Origin: Eledone cirrhosa | Taxonomy: Eukaryota | Reading direction: 5' to 3' | Length of the DNA: 64,000 bases | NCBI GenBank assembly: GCA_964016885.1 | Contig: OZ024751.1 | Span: 6,262,001 to 6,326,000, forward strand | Shown: positions 48,539-64,000 of the stretch, piece after piece | How the letters are laid out: each line of letters starts with the position of its first letter | How positions within the stretch are numbered: the stretch's first letter is position 1 | Translations under genes and position numbers: made by a program | The notes under the pieces: model-generated | What the model was told of the DNA's origin: nothing | Database searches by the model: none | What the model saw: the letters and a program-made list of their open reading frames with translations, nothing else

Positions 48539-49951
48539 TAATTGTTCTGCATCCCCCTGCATTGAACCACCTAGGTACTTTGACATAACTTATATATTTA
48601 CTAGTATTAGTGTACATCTGTACGCATATGTTGGTAGATGTATTAATTCTATATATATATATATATATATATATACATCTCTCTCTCTCTCTATATATAT
48701 ATATATCTCGGGCTCTCACCTCCTGTCTCTCTCGAGAGAGCGCGTTGTATATATATATATTGTCAATTAATTAAATGATCTAAGATTTTAGACTAAAATA
48801 TATGCGTTCAAGCAAATGTAACGTGAAAGAGATGGATTTATGTCCATCATAACTCCAAATGTATTCACAAGTATATTTAAAAGTATATTAAAATCAAGAA
48901 TATAATCAATGTATTAGTAAAAAAACATTAAAATTAAAAGTTATTAATAAGCCATAAAGCATTATAAATATATCTAATAAGATATTATTAAACCAGATTT
49001 ATCTAGATATACACATTTATATAATTTATATATAGACTATACATTTTAAGGTTTAAGACGATATTATTCACTTATATGTAGTATCATTTCTGTTGAGAGT
49101 GTTATAAATTTAATTCAACTAGATTTTACTGTATTTAAAATTTTACATCAATTTAAGTATACAAAAAAATTTATCAACTTGGATCTAAGGAGACTTTTAT
49201 ACTATAAATGTATAATCATATCCTCATGAATCGTAAATAACCTTTCAAAGTAATTAAACGGTTTACAAGTCTGAATACATAAAAGGTATCGAATATATAA
49301 GATATAAATTTAGAAAATACGAAAACCTAAATTTAGATCAAGTTAACACTTTCAATGTTAAGGTAGAAATCCTTAATCTAATATTAATAATAGTATAAAT
49401 AATAAAAGCATTACAAGAATTTTTAATCTGAGGCAATATTGTTAGAGTTATTAATAAACGTCTAAATCATTTCACATTTATTCAATGTTTTTTCCTGATT
49501 TTTTGTGAAGCTTGGAATGTAGATGTAGCTTTGTGCAAGCAATTTGAGAATAATTCACTTTTTTTGTTAATTAACTTATCATAATTAGTAATTATTAATA
49601 GGGTCTCATTATCACAAAGGTTGCAGTTAGGTGATATGGATGAGGTAATGTAGAATTGGCTATTACAGAGTTTTGACCAAAATATTGAGTACTCTAATTT
49701 TTTGTCTTTCAAGGACATATTAGTTGTGATAAAGAAGTTGGATAATTTCTTATCCGGATTCGAAAAAGAGGCTTGTGATTCGAATATCTTAATTTAAAGC
49801 TCGATCAGGTTGCACCTATATAGTTGTAGGTGATGTTAATTGCTTTAATTTATAAAATAGGTTCTTATCAAGACAATTATTTTGCAGAGGGCAATTTGAT
49901 CTGATTTCTACAGTTACATTTCGATTTACTGTTATTATTATAATTTAAACT

Positions 49952-50119
49952 TACTCGACGAGAGTCGGACGCCATGCTTTCCAGCATACTTACGTCCCTT
50001 TACGATCTGAGTTCAAATCCCGCCGAGGTTGACTTTGCCTTTCATCCTTACGGGGTCGATAAAATAAAGTCCCAGTAATTCACTGGGTAATTGCTGGCCT
50101 TGTGCCTAAAGTAGAAACA
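49952..50119 (+). mobile_element. SINE with 18-bp TSD inside PLE
   Basis: TSD ATTATTATAATTTAAACT at 49934-49951 and 50120-50137; B box GAGTTCAAATC. Confidence 0.92.
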
Positions 50120-50703
50120 ATTATTATAATTTAAACTATACACGTTTTCATTGCTAATAGATGAAGGGGTACTGTTGTCAGTGCTTAAGTTATTGTTATT
50201 CACAGTATCAATATTATTGCTAATGTTAATATTGCCATTATCCCTAATTGTTTGTTGGTTATGATTAAGAATTCTACTATTTATGTTTGTAATGTTCTGT
50301 GCCATGTTCATAGTTGTAGAGTAATGTAGCTTAATTGTATATCTATTGAATATAGAATGGTATTTATGTGTACTGGGAAAGCATTTATCTAAAGCCTTAG
50401 AGAATAAATTTGCCAGGGGTGTTTTGATATCTAAAGATGCGGGAGGTGCATACCAAATCATTGCTTTGGTTCTGATTTTATTCCGAGATTTATTCACGAC
50501 ATTATCATTTTTATTTATATTAAATACTTTTTAGAGTCCGCTCTTTTTTTGTATACTTAAATTGATGTAACATTTTAAATACAGTAACATCTAGTTGATT
50601 TAAATTTATAACGCTATCAACAGAAATTATACTACATATAAGTGAATTATTTCGTCTTAAACCTTAAAATTTATAGTCTATATATAAATTATATAAATGT
50701 GTA

Positions 50704-51603
50704 TCATAATCTATAAAGCTCAGTGTGTGGTCATGATCCTTCGTTATAGAAATCTACGATATAGAATTTCTTCAATTGAAATTTACAATTCAGCATTCGC
50801 TGAAATAGCTTCGATTGCGTCTTGACGCAGATAATGTTTTCAATTTCACCCACAATTACGCAAAAAATAGATAAAACTCAATACTTTACGATTTTTCTCT
50901 CTCATTTAAACTGCTGAACTCTTTCTACTACCATTCAAAATCTATACAACTTCATACTTTCTGCTACTTTCTCTTTCCAAGCTTGATGGTGATACTGTCC
51001 GTTCCCACCACTCCCTACTGTCCTAAATTTAGAAAACACATATCCTCTATGAGGTTACTAAGCCTGCTAGAAACAGCAGCTAACTCTCCCCCATATCACA
51101 CCCCTCCCTACTGTCTTAAATTTAGAAAACATATCTTCTATGAGGTCACTAAACCTGCTAGAAACAGCAGCTAACTCTCCCCCATATCACACCACTCCCT
51201 ACTGTCTTAAATTTAGAAAACACATATCCTCTATGAGGTCACTAAACCTGCTAGAAACAACAGCTAACTCTCCCTCATATCACAACCCTCCCTACTGTCT
51301 TAAATTTAGAAAACACACAGACAACCATGCAGAACAACTCTATCGCAGCTCTGTTGTTCGGCTGGCATCGTCTACGCGCGTGTTGCGCAAGTACTGTGAA
51401 ACAATAAATTTCAACACTTTTTTGCGCAGAGATAATATCCATCGGCGAAACTACAATTGTCACTACTGGCGCAGCTCATGCTTCTAGGTCTGCAATTCAT
51501 TCACCCAGTGCCTGGCAGACAAAAAAGTGCTGCCATAAAATGGGTGGTGCAATCTAACTTTGGTAACTTAATGACCCCGAGCAACGCCGGGCTTTAATGC
51601 TAG
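50704..51603 (+). mobile_element. Non-autonomous Helitron (900 bp) with internal ~92-bp tandem repeat x3.3 (51005-51315)
   Basis: 5' TC, 3' hairpin CCCG-AGCAACGC-CGGG then CTAG; inserted between A and T without TSD; empty site in the opposite arm at ~49001-49015. Confidence 0.9.
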
Positions 51604-52354
51604 TATCTAGATAAATCTAGTTTAATAATATCTTATTAGATACATTTATAATGCTTTATGACTTATTAAGAACATTTTAATTTTAATGTTTTTTTACTAA
51701 TATATTGATTATATTCTTGATTTTAATATACTTTTAAATATACTTGTGAATATATTTGGAGTTATGATGGACATAAATGTATCTCTTTCACGTTACATTT
51801 GCTTGAACTCGATATAATACAATAATATAGATCCTTTAAAATTTTATAGTCTAAAATCTTAGATCATTTGATTATTTGACTATTTTCAATTAACTTAAGA
51901 TTTAAAAATAAACGGTCAAGCATCATTCTTTCCCCCTATCTAATTATACGCTATTTACATATTACAATTCATATCTCCCTCCCTTTGACTATACGATTTA
52001 ATTTAGTTTCCTCTCTCTATTATTGATCATTTCTCGCTTCTCTTGTTCCTACTATCAAATCTTTTTTTTTCTCTTTTTCTCTCTTTCCTCATGATTTGCT
52101 ATCTCGATCTATCACTTACACTATCAACAATAATGAGGTATGGATATATTATTATTATTTAAATTTTTAACAGTTATAGAAGTTTATGTATTATATATTA
52201 TTAATTATTTATATATCTTTTTAGACATTCTCATACGCACCCTCTCTATTATATGTAATTTTTCATGTTTCATATGGATTTTTATCATAACTAATCACTG
52301 CCATGACTAAATTATAACCATCAACATAGTCAAGGTATGTCAAGCATCAACTTA

Positions 52355-52416
52355 TTTTATCTGATGAGGACGTACTGTTGAAATAGCTCAGTATCTCTGA
52401 AATATGTATAATAAAA
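52355..52416 (+). ncRNA. Type I hammerhead ribozyme motif
   Basis: TTTTAT-CTGATGA-imperfect stem II-GAAA-TATGTA-TA-ATAAAA. Confidence 0.72.
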
Positions 52417-52460
52417 CATATTTGATCACATGAATGTCTATATTTATTAATATTTTGAAG

Positions 52461-52532
<72 letters not shown>

Positions 52533-52549
52533 ATGTATATATATATATG

Positions 52550-53782
52550 TATCCAAAATTAATTTAAATTGAGGGTGTCATGTCAGATAGACATGCGCCA
52601 TATCACCCGAAAAATATGCTCCAAGATTCCAATAAATAGATCCAAGCATTTTATATCAACTAGAAATTGATTGACATATAAATGTATCTAAAATAAACAT
52701 ATGAAACAATCACAGGGGATAATTTGTAAAAGTGTGTAGGCACACATAGCTATGTAGGTAACTAAATAAAGTTTAACTAGAACTTCAAAAAAAGATACCT
52801 TATAAATTGATTAATTTTCTTTGTATATATTCCATTAAAGAAATATATTTCACCAATTAATCGATTGGTAAACGACAGTAGCCAGATCCTGGATTTTCAA
52901 CAAGGAAGAGGACTAACCATATGTGCTTACGCATCAAATTCAAATCAGTGATTGGCCAGTAACACGTGCTGTATTTACTAAAAATACACACAACGTACCA
53001 GGATCTGGCCACTGTCGTTTACCAATCGATTAATTGATGAAATATATTTATTTAATGGAATATATACAAGGAAAATTAATCAATTTATAAGGTATCTATT
53101 TTTGAAATTCTAGTTAAACTTTATTTAGTTACCTACATAGCTATGTATGCTTACACTCTTTTACAAACTATCCCCTGTGATTGTTTCATTTGTTTATTTT
53201 AGATATATTTATATGTCAATCAATTTCTTGTTGATATAAAATGCTCGGATCTATTCATTGGAATCTTGGAGCATGTCTTACGGGTGATATGGCGCATGTC
53301 TATCTGACATGATACCCTTAATTTAAATTAATTTTGGATATATATAAATACGGCCTCTTAATTGTAGAGCTAACTCAGTTGAAAGGATTTGACTGCTATT
53401 TCTAGTTGTCGATAACCCTATTCACGCCACTGGGACGAAGCTGGTACGATGTGTGTATTTTTAGTAAATACAGCACGTGTTACTCGCCAGTCGTTGATTT
53501 GAATTTGATGTGTAAACACAGATGGTTAGTCTTCTTCCTTGTTGAAAATCCAGGATCTGGTTACTGTCGTTTACCAATCGATTAATTGGTGAAATATATT
53601 TGTTTAATGGGATATATACAAGGAAAATTAATCAATTTATAAGGTACCTATTTTTGAAGTTCTAGTTAACATTTATTTAGTTACCTACATAGCTCTGTGT
53701 GCTTACACATTTTTAGAAATTATCCCTTGTGATTGTTTCATATGTTTATTTTAGATATATTTATATATCAATCAATTTCTAG
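52550..53782. repeat. Three copies of a ~350-440-bp unit: 52550-52990 forward; 52998-53342 and 53455-53782 inverted
   Basis: Direct complementarity, e.g. CCAATTAATCGATTGGTAAACGACAGT / ACTGTCGTTTACCAATCGATTAATTG. Confidence 0.85.
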
Positions 53783-53790
53783 TAGACATT

Positions 53791-53822
<32 letters not shown>

Positions 53823-53853
53823 CATTTCTCTCCCTCTCTCTCTCTATAGGTAT

Positions 53854-53895
<42 letters not shown>

Positions 53896-54345
53896 AGCAA
53901 AAAAGTGTTGGTAAAATCCAGTACTTCAGTATGCGGATAGGGAGCACTCAACGAAGATATAGATTCCGGAGTTAAAATACAGGGCTGTGGTAATACTGAA
54001 ATTGTCAGTATTACTACACAACATAAATTCCTCAATTTAAGAATGCCCTGTAATATCGATTTTAATACTATAAACCACAATTGAATATATATCTGACCAG
54101 GAATCGTTTTTGTAAAAATGAGTCATGTGGAACTATTGTCATCTTGCTGGACGGTTTGAACTTTACAGCACAACCTACCTCTTTGAGGTCAAATACCAAT
54201 CCTACTACCATCTACAAACTGACCAATGAGAATTAAGATTATTCCTGCTGACTACATTAAATTATCCCTAATAAGCTCATATGTCCCAAGGCTCTAAAAT
54301 CATCAACACCAAAAACCCAGAGCTGGCATATCTAAAAACTTACTA

Positions 54346-54401
54346 ACTGCCTGATGAGGTCATAGCCATACAGTGGCTATCATCTAAATATATATAGCGG
54401 T
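54346..54401 (+). ncRNA. Decayed hammerhead motif (GAAA reads TAAA)
   Basis: ACTGC-CTGATGA-ATAGCCA/TGGCTAT hairpin-TAAA-TATATA-TA-GCGGT. Confidence 0.6.
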
Positions 54402-54984
54402 TATATTGACTTATGTTTCGTCACTATATATATATCAGGAAATAAGAGTGACACGGTTTGTTATCCAAAAATGGTTTTTAATCTCATTGCTAACAATTGT
54501 TTCTCTGAACTGGTAGGTCTAGAGATCGCTACCTGCTTATTTTCACGTTATTCGATCACCAATACAAAGTTATAACCAGTAAATTCATCGGAGCTTGGGA
54601 GAATGAAAAGAATATACAGGCATGGCTACTATATATAGTAGTAATGGCATTCAATCAGAACAATAACAACAATACTAACAATGCGAGCAATAAATTATTT
54701 GAAATAATCACAACATCAATCTAGGTGGGAAGTATAGTATATCTACGATTTTAGCGTGTAAAACTAGCTGACATGAGGCATGTGTATAAAATTGACATGT
54801 AAAAGCTGTCATGGTGTGTATTATATCTAGTGTAAAGATAAGCCGGTGTCTTTAAACAATGTAAGTCTGGTGGCCGTAAGAATCGTTTATTATCTGACAG
54901 ATGAAGGATTTATCACTGTAGTGGGGATAATAATATTTGTGCGGTCTATATTAGATGAAAGGGTTGTCTAGCTTTCTCATCAGC

Positions 54985-55230
54985 CAGTCAGAGAAGGGTG
55001 ATAGTGCTGGGGTAAGGGGTAGGGCGTAAATCTAAAAAATGCTGGAGAGCGCGGAGACCGGCATCATGACGGATAACGGTATAGAGAGAGGTGATCTCCG
55101 GGGTAAAGAGAAGGCGAGAGGGACCAGGAGGGAAGGAGAAAGAGTTGAAGAGTTTAAGGGCATGATTTGTATCGTGGATGTAGGAGGGGGAATTGCCGAC
55201 CAACGACAGATAGATAGTATTAGCAAATCG
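54985..55230 (-). pseudogene. PLE reverse transcriptase fragment of a different clade
   Basis: [11 protein letters not shown]...[22 protein letters not shown]. Confidence 0.75.
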
Positions 55231-55281
55231 AAAGACCAATGGAAACATTGTTTCCTAGGTCTGATTTGACGAAAGTCGATC

Positions 55282-55455
<174 letters not shown>

Positions 55456-55474
55456 TGTGTATATATAGATATAG

Positions 55475-55543
<69 letters not shown>

Positions 55544-56000
55544 ATATAATATAAAACGAAAAATCAGTGATGTATCTGGACTGAATTTATTGTGTGTTAC
55601 AATTGTTTCACCGGCAGCCAGCTCGAGACACGATCATTGTATGGATCTGTCTGATTCTGGAACTACAGTTTCGTCGGACACTTGCAATAATTTCGGATCA
55701 AATTTTCTCAATGGGGTGTTAGCGTCAAAAAACATCTTCCTCGCTTGTCCTGCTGTTGGCTATCATTTTTCTACGTCATCATAAATTCTGGCCAATAGTT
55801 GCTGTCACACACGCCAGAAGCTGTCCCAACACCTGACACACATCAATGAATCCATGGTGGGTTTGGTATTTTACAAGTCTGCTCACGCACTCACGCACAC
55901 ATATACATATATATATATATATAGTAATAATATTAAATTTGAAGACTAAAATCCGAAGGCTAAATATATATCAAATATATAAGAATCGTAGAGCAAATAA

Positions 56001-58911
<2,911 letters not shown>

Positions 58912-59026
58912 ATACTTGGGGAGGGTCATATGTGTGTAATAATATTGCCAGAATTAATAACAGAACATACTCACTGTTTGGTTGGTTTTCGCTTCTGTGT
59001 CTTTTATATTATATCGGTTAATTTAA

Positions 59027-59323
59027 TTTAGCAAATAGAGAAAAAGTTTTAAAATAAATTTTAAAAAGTTCGCTGTACTTACTATATGTACCCTTACCGC
59101 GCGGTTTCAAATCCCAAATAAATGGATAATCCAGGCGGACCAATATTGAGAAGGGGATTCTCGCCAGAAGGTTCTTCTCATCGGAGAACACAAAATTCCC
59201 GAGTTCAAATCCGCCTGGATTATCCATTTATTTTGGAAATTGAAACCGCCCGGTAAGGGTACATATAGTAGCTACAGCGAACTTTTAAAAATTTATTTTA
59301 AAACTTTTTCTCTATTTGCTAAA
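59027..59323. mobile_element. Fold-back pLTR element (~113-bp arms, 70-bp spacer) containing a minus-strand hammerhead at 59090-59172
   Basis: Minus strand ACCTT-CTGGCGA-GAATCCC...GGGATTT-GAAA-CCGCGCGG-TA-AGGGT; partial copy with CTGACGA at 59620-59690. Confidence 0.75.
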
Positions 59324-60039
59324 CGTTGATTTTATATGTTCTGGCTCGTTAATTTATTAACCTGCCATAGAACCACATTGGCATACGGTTGGATAATACT
59401 TGTATCCCTATATGCATTTTTTACACGTAGGAACACATACTTTATTATTATTAATCTCCCCTAAGGTAGAGCTAACATTTTGGTTTGTTTGAACTGCTGC
59501 TATATCTAGTGGCAGGACATTGACCTGGCCACCCTTGCCTTCTATCTTTACACACGGCACTAGTCAGAATTGGTCCCTTCCTCATTCATTCTCATCTGGG
59601 AACAGTTTTGTAGGCGCCAGTTTGTATTCTCCGAGTGAGAAGAACCTTCTGACGAGTATCCCCTTCTCAATGGTGGTCCGCCTGGATTATATATATATAT
59701 ATACACACACACACTCACACACAACCATATAAATAACAACATACACGTCCACAGACACCTACATGCCCACGTACATCAGCTCTCATTCACACACACGCCC
59801 CCCCCCCCCCCACACTGGCTCATATACACTCAAACAAATACGCGCCTAATATCTACATGCCCACGTACATTTACAAAGGTACATACATACATATATATGT
59901 CCGCACTCAGATATGATATACTCACAGAGTCATATAAATCTACACAATGGGTCATACAGGATCATCCATGAAATGATGCATCTTGTTATACACAGGCACA
60001 AATATAAACAATGTAACCAAATACATACATGTATGTATG

Positions 60040-60545
60040 ATTGTTTCTTCCGTAAGAGTTGAGTTTCTTGTTGTTTGAGGAGGCGATATTGAGTGCGAAG
60101 TTGGGTGTGGTGTTATAGGAGAGTTTGATAGTGTTTTTGTTGATCATGTTGTGGTAGCGGTGTTGTGGTGGGAAGTGTTTTTCGAGGAGTTTAAAGAAGA
60201 TTTTCCCGATTGTTGTTGCAACCGCGGCATTTTGGGGAGGGATGAACCACGTCACGTGGCGTGAGCGGCGGCGTCGCCTGCTGGTTCCGCTAGGGAAGCC
60301 TGGGTAAAATGAGATTTCCTCTCGGAAGCCGCTTCGCTTGAGGGCCGGGTTATAATAAGGCGCGTGTTCATCAAATATCTGCTCATTAGTGGACAAACAA
60401 GATATGCGGAGGGAGATGTTTTTAACCAGGTTATTGGTGATGTTTCTAGGAGGGTTAGAGCGGCAGTGGATGTAGTGTAGGTTGACGTTAGATTTCCTGT
60501 ATGGGTAGTACAGATCATTTTCGAGATTGAGGGTAACATCCTGAA
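60040..60545 (-). pseudogene. PLE RT C-terminus/linker fragment
   Basis: DVTLNL, LSTNEQIFDEHAPYYN.AL..SGF, VTWFIPP, HFPP.HRYH. Confidence 0.82.
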
Positions 60546-60565
60546 ATGCCTGATTATCGCATGCC

Positions 60566-62155
60566 TATATATGGAATAACTCCTTGGAGAATTCGGCTAT
60601 AACAACACCACGCTAAAAATGTTATTTAAACCAGAAATACCCAGCGAATCGGCTTGAGCTCTGATGTCGGGGTCCTGACTCTTTTCCTATTACCCATTCT
60701 ACTACCCGAAGTATCGAGTACTCTGGAGCGTTATGGTCCATCTGGTTCCTTACCACAATTCCTTCGTTATCTAGCTCCTACTTCCGTAGTAGAGCACCTC
60801 ATCCCGACATTTCCACCAAGCTACACTTTCCTCGAATTACCTACTATGCGAAAACACACTATCAACTTTTCCACCAAGAACATCCCAGTTCCACCGGAAA
60901 AACCTGATCTACGGTTGCTCTCGCATAAAATCGACCCATTTGCGTAAAGATTGAGATGGAGAAAATTCTTCTACGATAGATACCACGACAACCAGGACTT
61001 CTACACCAAGGAGAGATTCGGATTCAATACCTACAAATCTCCCCCACCAAACCCTCTGCTCTCACCCTTCAAGAACGACCTCTTCCTCCTGGTCAAGCGT
61101 ATAAAATTGAAACCCAGACAAAACCGATTCCTACAACAACTCCGTAGAAAAATAACGGAGTATGAAAACACCAACGACATCCTGGTGCATTCGGACAAAA
61201 TTGGAAACCTCTATTTCGTCAACCCTGACAGATACCATACTCTTATCAGTAGCACAAAATATCAAACAACTCCTAAACAAACAAGACGAACTTGTAACTG
61301 CATGTAAACACCGATTATGTAGGACTTACCTCGCCCTCAAACCCCCTCATGATCCAGGTGGGGAGACAATGGCTGCAACATCCATCTTTTCCCCACTTGC
61401 CGAATAAGATAGGGGAAACCCCAGCATCCATAGGTAGGTGTACTTCTTTTCTTTTTCCCTTTATCTCTTCTTATCACTTCCTTCCACTCCCTCTCCTCTT
61501 CCTTTTCCTTTTTCCTCTTTCGCCTACCCTGCGGCAGCCCAACGGGCTTTGTAGCCTCAGTATCCCCACACCACTACATGCTATATATTGGCCGAAAACG
61601 CAATACCAGCTAAAAATATGGCAGTTGCTTTAGAGTCTAGAGATTTTTTTAATTAATTTTTACTATTTACTTTTTTTATTATTTTTATTTATTATTTTTA
61701 ATCTCAATTTATTAACCTTTTAATTTTATAACGTCCCACTCTCAGATTTCTCAAGAATGCTTTGTCGCCTGCTAGCCTATTTTCATACACACTCCTTAGA
61801 ATTTTCTGTATAGAATTCACTTTCAACGCTTGACCGGCTCCACCCACTTCCTCATTGTCCTACATGCAAGTTCAGCCACCACCCACCGCAATGAAAGATT
61901 TAATTGTGTTTACAAGACATTTTGACCAATCCTTTTGACAACTACAATCTTCTCATATAAGGAATTACCCCTTGAAAAGTTCAGCTATTTATTACCTCGC
62001 TAAAAATTCTAATTTAGTCCAGAAAAAAATAGCCGTCGAAACAGCCTGAGCTCTGCCGTCGGGGTTATACTTTTTCCTATTTCCCACTCTACTACCCTAA
62101 GTATTGAGTACTCTGGTGCGTTATGGTCAATCTGGTTCCTTACCACACTTTCTTG
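60566..62155 (+). mobile_element. Internally deleted PLE bounded by direct pLTRs (~60566-60770, ~61955-62155)
   Basis: N-terminus FSTKNIPVP..RWR.FF..FGF..DK.GNLY fused to C-terminus LLNKQDELVTACKH; decayed hammerhead in both repeats (61963-62068). Confidence 0.78.
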
Positions 62156-62265
62156 GTTATATGTATATATATATAAATACATAGTATATATACAGAGCTT
62201 TTGACAACAACTGGTGATATACAAGTAAGTAAATATTTTCCTTATCTGATAATTTGTAACTAACC

Positions 62266-62329
<64 letters not shown>

Positions 62330-62409
62330 GGTGTTGGATGCTTAAAGCGTCCGTCTGCGGTAGGCCGTTTGAGCACTCTATGCTCTCACAGAGCAGAGTA
62401 TTTAATCGC

Positions 62410-62646
62410 AAAAAAGGAGAATCAGTGTGTGACGAATGGAATTTATTGGACATATTACAATCGTTTCTCTGGCAACCAGCTCGAGTCACGATCGATGAGA
62501 TGATCGAATCAAGACGTATCTGAGGACCTTGCGATTTTCAGAGCCAGGTTCGATCATCACATCGATCGTGCCTTGAGCTGGTTGCAAGCGAAACGATTGT
62601 AATATGTCCAATAAATTCAATCCCTCGCAACACTGATTCTCTTTTT
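62410..62646. mobile_element. Fold-back element (~100-bp arms) containing a plus-strand hammerhead at 62514-62607
   Basis: ACGTAT-CTGAGGA-CCTTGC...GCAAGC-GAAA-CGATTG-TA-ATATGT; followed by (TA)n. Confidence 0.72.
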
Positions 62647-63378
62647 ATTTTGTGATATATATATATATATATCAAAATAGTGTTATCTCACTTGGAGTTC
62701 GGAACTGGAACATATCGATGTGGTTCGTGGGTTGTTGGTATGATAAGGAGAATCGCCCTATTACAGGGCGATATAATTGGAGTACACCATCATTCATATG
62801 GACTATCATACATGTAAGGCTGCATTACTGCTAACCAACGTTTCTTGTCACAGACTCATGCTTGCAAACTCACTTGATCTGCATGTACACCCCCTTTTGG
62901 ACTGCTTGCGCTTAGATGCATCCACGCTTTGCTTTGTCTTATGTTTTTTTTTTTTTGGGGGGGGGGGTCCTGAATTTTTGTTTATTAATTGTTTTGTATT
63001 TTTGTATTTATCTCTTCTCTTATCCCTGTATTTTTGTAATGTTTTATTCTATTTTTTTATATATATTTTTTTGTTATTTTCTTTTATTTTCTTGTATATT
63101 CTGATTGTTTCTGATCATGTTGAGTAATATCCTCACTCATCCCTTGCTACCCTCTCCCAAGCTCTTTATCATCTATTGCACCATATAAGTGATAGATTTT
63201 TGGTGTAAATTTTAATTTTTAATTTTTAAAATTTTAAGAAATTTTATGACATTATGTGCACGATATAGTATGTCTTTTTCCATATAGCGGTAGTCTCAGC
63301 AACCCCTGCTGGTCATTTAACCTTGTTATGGTGACGCAGGTCGAGAGAGCATGCAACTACTGATATACTCATGTTTAT

Positions 63379-63427
63379 AAGCTCTGAAGATTCCTGCCAT
63401 GGTGTATGGATGAAATACTGTTAGCTA
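63379..63427 (+). ncRNA. Candidate hammerhead motif
   Basis: AGCT-CTGAAGA-TTCC...GGAT-GAAA-TACTG-TT-AGCT; stem III imperfect. Confidence 0.45.
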
Positions 63428-63518
63428 ATAAAACTATGTATTTATAAGCACTCTTTGGTTATTCCTATAAATATATATATTTATATATGTCTGGGCACAT
63501 TGATATATTTTTCAACGA

Positions 63519-63558
<40 letters not shown>

Positions 63559-63669
63559 GGATTTAAATGGATACATTTCAGTAAAAGGAATTTATTGACA
63601 CGTGTTTCAATAACAGTTATATAACCTGAAAACAGCTGCTATCTACAAAGTTTTAACTATGCAGACACT

Positions 63670-64000
63670 CTGGTCTGATTAAACAGTTTCATAAATTGAA
63701 TGAAAATCTCAAGTACGTGAATGTTGGGTCTAACCACCCCATCTCTATAATTAAATCTATCCCTAAAAATATTTCCCTTAGAATCTCGGGTCTATCTTCT
63801 AACGTACAAGTATTTAAGGAACACGCCGAGTACTACGATAACGCCCTTAGTAAAGCAGGCTACCTCAACAAAATAGAATATATAGATAAAAACAATCAAA
63901 ACACCCAAAATAAATCCCACATAGGTACAAATAATAGCACAACACCAAACCACACTTACTACCATAGTGTATACACCAATAAACCAACAAACAAAACTAA
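63670..64000 (+). pseudogene. PLE RT C-terminal fragment running off the window
   Basis: NENLKYVNVGSNHPISIIKSIPKNISLRISGLSSN..F.EH..YY.NAL.KAGY. Confidence 0.8.

Larger units (their letters stand above)
48760..52460 (-). mobile_element. PLE: GIY-YIG remnant (~49482-50500, minus) joined to an inverted copy of its 3' UTR/pLTR (~50540-52460)
   Basis: IWYAPP, CFP..HKYH.IFNR, CNCR..CPL, CNLC..E, NKKSELFSNCLH; 48760-49175 is complementary to 50540-51890 once the Helitron is removed. Confidence 0.82.

Noticed and set aside
51005-51315. CRISPR-like array
   Set aside because: Contiguous ~92-bp tandem units with no unique spacers, inside a Helitron in eukaryotic DNA.

Overview
Eukaryotic, AT-rich, microsatellite-dense genomic DNA made almost entirely of transposable elements. 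An octopod cephalopod is likely, inferred only from my recollection of the SINE family. No intact host gene is visible. The left half (about 0.1-33.5 kb) is a nest of non-LTR retrotransposons anchored on (TAA)n/(TTA)n repeats: Tx1-clade APE-RT LINEs (one intact 1139-aa ORF2, one full-length decayed copy) and three R4/Dong-like RT-RLE families. It also holds a decayed R2 element still joined to its canonical 28S rDNA site, with the upstream 28S flank inverted. The right half (about 34-64 kb) is dominated by Penelope-like elements (PLEs; Naiad-like CxCx5C/GIY-YIG) beside (TA)n, with inverted pseudo-LTRs and about eight distinct hammerhead ribozyme motifs, plus Helitrons, a mariner MITE, an RTE remnant and tRNA-type SINEs. 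Best leads: (1) the SINE 3' end matches the Tx1 3' end and all three clear SINE TSDs start with ATTATT; (2) ORF-less fold-back hammerhead mini-elements; (3) a ~550-bp 5' leader shared by two divergent R4-like families; (4) the ectopic, partly inverted 28S-R2-28S block. All alignments and folds were done by eye, so boundaries are approximate.
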